Position numbers and translations under genes: made by a program | The notes under the pieces: generated by a model | Told to the model about the DNA's origin: nothing | Database searches by the model: none | Seen by the model: the letters and a program-made list of their open reading frames with translations, nothing else | In this document: piece by piece, positions 62,601 through 64,000 of the stretch | How positions within the stretch are numbered: the first letter of the stretch is position 1 | How the letters are laid out: each line of letters opens with the position of its first letter | Assembly (NCBI RefSeq): GCF_039654945.1 | Contig: NW_027361677.1 | Coordinates: 18,538,001-18,602,000, forward strand | Length of the DNA stretch: 64,000 nucleotides | Direction: 5' to 3' | DNA from: Dendrobates tinctorius | Taxonomy: Eukaryota

Positions 62601-63350
62601 ATGGAGGCTCTGGCTGTCTCTTGTGGGGGACACTGCTGTCATTATTATGGAGGCTCTGGCTGTCTCTTGTGGGGGACACTGCTGTCATTATTATGGAGGC
62701 TCTGGCTGTCTCTTGTGGGGGACACTGCTGTCATTATTATGGAGGCTCTGGCTGTCTCTTGTGGGGGGCACTGCTGTCATTATTATGGAGGCTCTGGCTG
62801 TCTCTTGTGGGGGACACTGCTGTCATTATTATGGAGGCTCTGGCTGTCTCTTGTGGGGGGCACTGCTGTAATTATTATGGAGGCTCTGGCTGTCTCTTGT
62901 GGGGGGCACTGCTGTCATTATTATGGAGGCTCTGGCTGTCTCTTGTGGGGGGCACTGCTGTCATTATTATGGAGGCTCTGGCTGTCTCTTGTGGGGGGCA
63001 CTGCTGTCATTATTATGGAGGCTCTGGCTGTCTCTTGTGGGGGGCACTGCTGTCATTATTATGGAGGCTCTGGCTGTCTCTTGTGGGGGGCACTGCTGTC
63101 ATTATTATGGAGGCTCTGGCTGTCTCTTGTGGGGGGCACTGCTGTCGCCCTCATTATGGAGGCTCTGGCTGTCTTTTACAGGGAACACTGCTGCTGCCAT
63201 TATTATGGGGTATCGCTGTCCCTTACAGGCTTTGGCTGACTCTTGTCGGTTCGCTGGCTGTCTCTGGTGGAGGCACAGGTTATATCTCATGGAGGCACCG
63301 CTGTCGCCCTCATTATGGAGGCTCTGGCTGTCTCCTGTGGGGCACTGGCT
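56667..63350. repeat. 6.7-kb G-rich satellite: ~51-56 bp units grading into 46-bp units
   Basis: TGTCTATTGTCTCATGTGGGGGCGCTGCGGCTGCCATTATTATG to ~58660, then GGCTGTCTCTTGTGGGGGACACTGCTGTCATTATTATGGAGGCTCT. Confidence 0.97.
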
Positions 63351-63399
63351 TGTTCTTGTGGGGGCGCAGGTCACATCACTGCTGCTAGACGTGGGATAA

Positions 63400-63980
63400 C
63401 ACTAATAAAAGGCGGGAAATCCACATGCTTCATTGAACACGAGCGCGAGTCGATAACGACGACTACTTTGGACTCGCGCAGCCTCCGTAACTGCAGCAAA
63501 CACCCACGTGATCACCGTGTCTCGTGAACCCAGGCCATGTCGCGGAGGCGGAGTCATGTGACCGGTAGTGTAACGTCCTGGGTGGGTTGTTGTTTTTGTG
63601 GGAGGACCAAGATGGCGGTGTGTGTGGCTGTCATCGCTAAGGAGGTGAGCAGACCTGTGCGATCTCGGCTGATTCCGCTGATCCACCTCGTGCAGGTCTA
63701 TGACGGAGGAGACCTGCAGGGCAGCTGTGGTCTAATCTGAAGCTGATGTTGGTCTTGTTGAGACTTGTAGTCCCCCAACCCACATTGGGCTTGACAACTC
63801 AGTGGTGCCGCTTCTAGTTTCTGATCGTGAAGCTATGCTGGGAGTTGTAGTGCTTCGCAATTCCATTTAGCATGTGCTGTTGATATGCTGGGAGTTGTGG
63901 TTCACTGTCGAGTTTTCCAGATCCCAGCATGCATCTGGTGTTTTATCTTTGTGGGGGAGTGTTGGGAGTTGTAGTGTATC
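63400..63980. promoter_or_regulatory. CpG-rich, probably bidirectional TRAPPC2L/GALNS promoter
   Basis: CACGTGATCAC ~63505, GTCATGTGAC 63552-63561 (CLEAR/M-box type), YY1 CAAGATGGCGG over the ATG, several ZNF143-type TGGGAGTTGTAGT motifs at 63836-63976. Confidence 0.65.
63612..63644 (+). CDS. TRAPPC2L: Trafficking protein particle complex subunit 2-like, coding exon 1 (gene continues beyond the window)
   Basis: ATG MAVCVAVIAKE|GTGAG matches the conserved TRAPPC2L N-terminus; head-to-head with GALNS as in mammals. Confidence 0.9.
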
Positions 63981-64000
63981 TAATTTAAAACAACTCCTAG

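Noticed and set aside
58467-63399. Long Cys/Gly/Tyr-rich ORFs (up to 497 aa) resembling keratin-associated proteins
   Set aside because: They arise from a 46-bp satellite; the same peptide appears in all three frames and unit indels ignore frame.

Overview
Vertebrate, most likely anuran (frog), genomic DNA carrying the conserved CDT1(+) - APRT(-) - GALNS(-) - TRAPPC2L(+) block. I reconstructed complete spliced CDSs for CDT1 (10 exons, ~592 aa, one GC-AG intron), APRT (5 exons, 180 aa) and GALNS (14 coding exons, ~515 aa), plus TRAPPC2L coding exon 1. Introns and intergenic DNA hold two full-length DIRS tyrosine-recombinase retrotransposons, a Tc1 transposon, three solo LTRs, many MITEs, LINE fragments and several G-skewed minisatellites, including a 6.7 kb array next to the TRAPPC2L promoter. 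The most striking object is the young DIRS element in APRT intron 3 (23518-29010). Its gag gene appears to be split by two phase-0 spliceosomal introns that put the zinc finger on its own exon, and its RT/RNaseH/methyltransferase ORF follows the gag stop in frame in a CAA-UGA-CUAG readthrough context. Also notable: a collapsed relic copy of CDT1 upstream of the gene, and signs that GALNS has a distant non-coding first exon at a promoter shared with TRAPPC2L. All calls come from manual reading; no database searches were run.
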